Source of the DNA: an uncultured Lachnospiraceae bacterium
Lineage (GTDB): Bacteria > Bacillota > Clostridia > Lachnospirales > Lachnospiraceae
Assembly: GCA_910586715.1 (NCBI GenBank)
Contig: CAJUJG010000012.1
Span: 3,482 to 67,481 of the forward strand
Direction: 5' to 3'
DNA length: 64,000 bases
Under the pieces are notes generated by a model, which made no database searches, was not told the origin of the DNA, and worked only from the letters and a program-made list of their open reading frames with translations. Position 1 is the stretch's first letter. Each line of letters opens with the position of its first letter. Below, in pieces: positions 60,372 through 64,000 of the stretch. Made by a program: the position numbers and the translations under genes.

Positions 60372-60500
60372 CTCTTATTGTTCGAACTATCGCCATTTTC
60401 ATGTAAACAGTAACTCGCTCAGGTTGGCACCTTCCGCTCCAAATAACGGGGTTGCCGTAGCTTCACAGGTCCTTTGTACCTCCACCACTCTGAATAAGAG
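60372..60500 (-). ncRNA. SAM-I-clan (S-box) riboswitch
   Basis: CTCTTATTCAGAGTGGTGGAGG..GGACCTGTGAAGCT..GGCAACC...AAGGTGCCAA..CTGAG...AATAAGAG with P1 pairing; upstream of metK and followed by a terminator. Confidence 0.9.
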
Positions 60501-60598
60501 ATTAGTATTCGTTCAATATTGAATTTTCATATCATCTACATCTTATAGCAGGATTGCGCACTTGTCAACTGCTATTTGCGGAATTTTTATAATCCCCC

Positions 60599-61891
60599 TT
60601 AACCAACTTTGAGTTTAAACTTCTGAAGTTCCTTATCCGAATCTACTTTCGCAATCTGCGCACCTAGTTTTTGCAGTTTTACGTCAAAGTCCTCATATCC
60701 ACGTTCGATATATTTAATATCTTCCACCGTACTAAAACCCTCTGCCGTCAGACACGCCAGCACAAGCGCTGCGCCTGCACGCAAATCGGGAGCTGTCAGA
60801 TTCGCACTCGTAAACTTGTCTATGCCCTCTATAATCGCTGTATTTCCCTCAACCTTAATATTTGAACCCATCTTTGCAAGCTCATCCACATATTTAAAAC
60901 GGTTGTCAAAAACGCTCTCCGTCACGATGCTTGTGCCCTTTCCAAGTGCGAGCGATACTGTAATCTGCGGCTGCATATCCGTCGGAAATCCAGGATAAGG
61001 AAGCGTCTTCACATGCGTGCTCTCAAGGCGTTTTGACGCCACAACGCGCACCGCATCATCAGACTCCTCTACCTGACACCCCATCTCAATAAGTTTTGCC
61101 GTCGTGGACTCCAAATGCTTTGGTATCACATTTTTCACTGTTACATCGCCCTTTGTGATTGCGGCTCCGAACATAAATGTACCCGCCTCAATTTGGTCTG
61201 GAATAATCGAATAATCTGATCCGTGCAGCTTTTTCACACCGGAAATCCGGATAACATCCGTCCCCGCACCTTTAACATTTGCGCCAAGGGAATTCAAAAA
61301 GTTTGCCACATCTACCACATGCGGTTCTTTCGCCGCATTTTCAATCACGGTCTTACCCTCCGCAAGCACCGCGGCAAGCATAATATTGATTGTTGCGCCA
61401 ACCGAGACTGTATCCAAATAAATATGTGCGCCTTTTAAAACTTTTGCATCCGCAATAATCAAGCCATGCTCAATCTTTACTTGCGCCCCAAGTGCTTTAA
61501 AGCCCTTAATATGAAGGTCAATCTTCCTGCTGCCAATGTTGCAGCCACCGGGAAGCGCCACTTCTGCATGCTTGTATTTTCCAAGCAGCGCCCCCAGCAA
61601 ATAATAGGATGCCCTGATTTTCTTGATATAATCGTTCTCAATAACAAGCCCCGAAATCATAGAAGCATTGATTCTTACTGTATGTCTCTCTGATCTGTAT
61701 ATGATAACGCCGATACTTTCCATCGCCTGAAGAAGTACATTGATGTCTCTTACGTCCGGCAGATTTTCAATAACCGTCATGTCATCGGTCATGATTGCCG
61801 CGGCAAGTACGCCTAAAGCTGCATTTTTTGCGCCACCGATTTCAACCTCTCCAACAAGGGGATTGCCCCCCTTAATTGCGTACTGTTCCAT
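60599..61891 (-). CDS. murA: UDP-N-acetylglucosamine 1-carboxyvinyltransferase
   Basis: GAKNA, IRASY, LPGGCNIGSR, PGFPTDMQ and DLRAGAAL motifs. Confidence 0.95.
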   Translation of the reverse strand: MEQYAIKGGNPLVGEVEIGGAKNAALGVLAAAIMTDDMTVIENLPDVRDINVLLQAMESIGVIIYRSERHTVRINASMISGLVIENDYIKKIRASYYLLGALLGKYKHAEVALPGGCNIGSRKIDLHIKGFKALGAQVKIEHGLIIADAKVLKGAHIYLDTVSVGATINIMLAAVLAEGKTVIENAAKEPHVVDVANFLNSLGANVKGAGTDVIRISGVKKLHGSDYSIIPDQIEAGTFMFGAAITKGDVTVKNVIPKHLESTTAKLIEMGCQVEESDDAVRVVASKRLESTHVKTLPYPGFPTDMQPQITVSLALGKGTSIVTESVFDNRFKYVDELAKMGSNIKVEGNTAIIEGIDKFTSANLTAPDLRAGAALVLACLTAEGFSTVEDIKYIERGYEDFDVKLQKLGAQIAKVDSDKELQKFKLKVG

Positions 61892-62032
61892 CGTCCACCT
61901 CACACTATATCACTTATAAATACTTATCACTAAGATATTACCAAAATCCGATTATATACCATTTCTAAACATTTGTAAATCCAAAGAATATCAGAAATTA
62001 TTAAAAATCACGTATTTTTTTATGCATATTCA

Positions 62033-63616
62033 CTAATTCAGGTATTTTAACGGATTCACCGCGCTGCCGCCAATGCGAATCTCAAAGTGTACATGCGGTC
62101 CTGTGCTTCGTCCCGTATTGCCGCTAAGCGCAATGCGCTCGCCCTGCGACACGCTCTGTCCTGTCTTTACAAGTACCTTGCTCAAATGTCCGTACCGCGT
62201 CTGTCTGCCGTCCGCGTGGTTGATGTACACGGCATATCCATACCCGCTCGCCCAGCCCGCAAACGCAACCGTACCTGTGTTCGATGCAACAACCGAAGTT
62301 CCGATTGGCACTGCCCAGTCAATACCCTTATGGTTTGTACTTGCACCCTTTGTCGGTGCGCTTCTTGCACCAAATCCGGAACTGAGCCTACCGCCTGAAA
62401 TCGGCTTAATATAAGTCGGTGGTATCTTCGTGCCGCGTTCTACAATTTTCGGCACTGCCTCAGCGTAAACCTGTTCCTTCAATATTTCTCGTCCGATTTC
62501 CTGCCCGTTTTCATATTCAATCACGGCAGCAACCTTTCGCCGTCCCGCTGACGGCTCCTGCAAGGTTACGCTCTGTGTCGTATACCAGTCATCATTTGGA
62601 ATATACTGCACCTGTGCCTCATAATCTTCCGTGTAGACCTGCTCTTCTTTCCATATAATGGAAAGGTCCGGTTCCGGAACCGTAATAACCAGCTCCTGAT
62701 CTACACGTATCATGGTGTTTTCGTCCTCCAACGCGTCATTGATTTCTATCAGTTCATCCATCGGAATATTGTTAGTCAGGCAGATTTGGGAAAGCGTATC
62801 GCCAGCCACAACCTTATAGATGACTTGCGTTTCCTGCTCCTTCGTCACAAGGTTTACAGCTTCCTCCACTGTACACAGCTCATCCTCCATTAAGTAAGCT
62901 TCGACTACTTCTATTTTATCAGCATAGTTTATGTCAATCAATCCCAAATTGTAATCTTCAAAATCTTTTTCAATGGCAGGTTCTATTTCTTGAAACATTT
63001 TTTCAAATTCCGCTTCAATTCCCGCCGATTTCTCAAAGCTCTGCGCCAGCTCCTCGTGCAGCTCCTCCTTGGAAGTCACCACCGCTTCAAGTACATTCAC
63101 CTCTCTTTGACTGTCAAGCGCAAGCTCTACCTGATATTCCTTATTTGTATCGTACGGTGAAAGCGCCTGCTCCAAAAGCTCATGTACTTCCTTATATGAA
63201 CCCAAATTCACAGAAGTTTCATTGATTTTTACAGTATATGACCGGTGAAGCGTGCTTCTGATATTATTCTTCATGATCTCTGTCATATTTTCAATAACAG
63301 CCGCATCATCGTCAATACATCCAAACACACGCTCTCTTCCTACCGTTTCAATGTCCAAATCCATAAATACGAGGTCATCGCCATCCGCATCTTTGGCTAC
63401 CTGCTTTCTCGCAGTCGCAAGCATTCTGTCGAGCTTTTCCACGGATCCCAGTCTTCCTACCTGCGTGCCATTAATGCTCACCGTAAAATAATTATCGCCT
63501 GTCCGCTGTATCACTTCAAAAGAGGGCAGCAAAAAAGCGCATACTGCTATCGTAATGATTGCTGCCTCGATACAGCAAAGCTTAAATCTTCTATAATAAT
63601 ATTGCGTTTTTTTCAT
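62033..63616 (-). CDS. LysM/G5/M23 peptidoglycan endopeptidase
   Basis: LysM (YKVVAGDTLSQI), G5-like region, and M23 motifs HKGID, YGHL and GPHVHFE. Confidence 0.9.
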   Translation of the reverse strand: MKKTQYYYRRFKLCCIEAAIITIAVCAFLLPSFEVIQRTGDNYFTVSINGTQVGRLGSVEKLDRMLATARKQVAKDADGDDLVFMDLDIETVGRERVFGCIDDDAAVIENMTEIMKNNIRSTLHRSYTVKINETSVNLGSYKEVHELLEQALSPYDTNKEYQVELALDSQREVNVLEAVVTSKEELHEELAQSFEKSAGIEAEFEKMFQEIEPAIEKDFEDYNLGLIDINYADKIEVVEAYLMEDELCTVEEAVNLVTKEQETQVIYKVVAGDTLSQICLTNNIPMDELIEINDALEDENTMIRVDQELVITVPEPDLSIIWKEEQVYTEDYEAQVQYIPNDDWYTTQSVTLQEPSAGRRKVAAVIEYENGQEIGREILKEQVYAEAVPKIVERGTKIPPTYIKPISGGRLSSGFGARSAPTKGASTNHKGIDWAVPIGTSVVASNTGTVAFAGWASGYGYAVYINHADGRQTRYGHLSKVLVKTGQSVSQGERIALSGNTGRSTGPHVHFEIRIGGSAVNPLKYLN

Positions 63617-63756
63617 GTGTATATTAATTCTCCGATTTTATTTCAAATTTAAACATATATTCGATTTTTGATTTCATTTCATAAACACATCTTAACAGTC
63701 TTTTTATATAATGTAAAGACCAAACGCAAGTACGCCGTAAAAGGCGTCAGTGTTTT

Positions 63757-64000
63757 TTAATACACCAACGCCCCATAGGAAATAAAGATATTTAAAATAA
63801 GCTTCTGCGTGCCTTTATTATGGTAACTGTGCCGCTGCATTGCACCAAGCCTCACTGCATGGTTTGATGCCACTTCATACGTACCCTCCTCTGTTCCAAG
63901 TGTAAGTACCCCTTGCACCACCATAATATACTCACATCCCTCCTCATCTTTTACAAAGCAGTCACAGTCCTCCCCCGGCTCAACCGTTACCTCATAAATT
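63757..64000 (-). CDS. Cupin-domain protein, C-terminal part (possibly an XRE-cupin regulator; 5' end outside the window)
   Basis: Manual translation: IYEVTVEPG...EYIMVVQGVLTL.....YEV......L.AMQRHSYHN.G. Confidence 0.6.
   Translation of the reverse strand, partial: IYEVTVEPGEDCDCFVKDEEGCEYIMVVQGVLTLGTEEGTYEVASNHAVRLGAMQRHSYHNKGTQKLILNIFISYGALVY

Noticed and set aside
133..63652. Numerous short ORFs overlapping or antisense to the called genes
   Set aside because: Shadow frames without recognisable motifs that overlap well-supported CDSs.

Overview
AT-rich Firmicute chromosomal window, most consistent with a spore-forming Lachnospiraceae/Clostridiales gut bacterium (spoIIID, glgCD, metK, murA). 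From left to right it holds: a type I-B CRISPR-Cas interference operon (cas6-cas8b-cas7-cas5-cas3, with cas3 running off the window and no array visible); a CPA2 cation/H+ antiporter; three tandem paralogous acidic lipoproteins; a pair of half-ABC transporters with a divergent AraC regulator; a fourth acidic lipoprotein; and a BceRS/BceAB-like module. Next come housekeeping genes, c-di-GMP enzymes around glgCD, an aconitase-family hydratase, rmuC and a hybrid kinase. An AT-rich islet follows, carrying an agr-like quorum-sensing locus whose AgrD-like peptide lacks cysteine, and a deletion-fused type I R-M remnant. A second two-component/ABC module has an A17 tract in its response regulator. The window ends with SAM-riboswitch-controlled metK, murA and an M23 peptidase. 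The most notable unexplained signal is a dispersed structured intergenic element in three copies, with conserved linkers (GCAC...AAGGAA...GCGCG...hairpin-TTTT) and stems that differ in sequence but remain paired. All calls come from reading the sequence by eye; no database searches were run.
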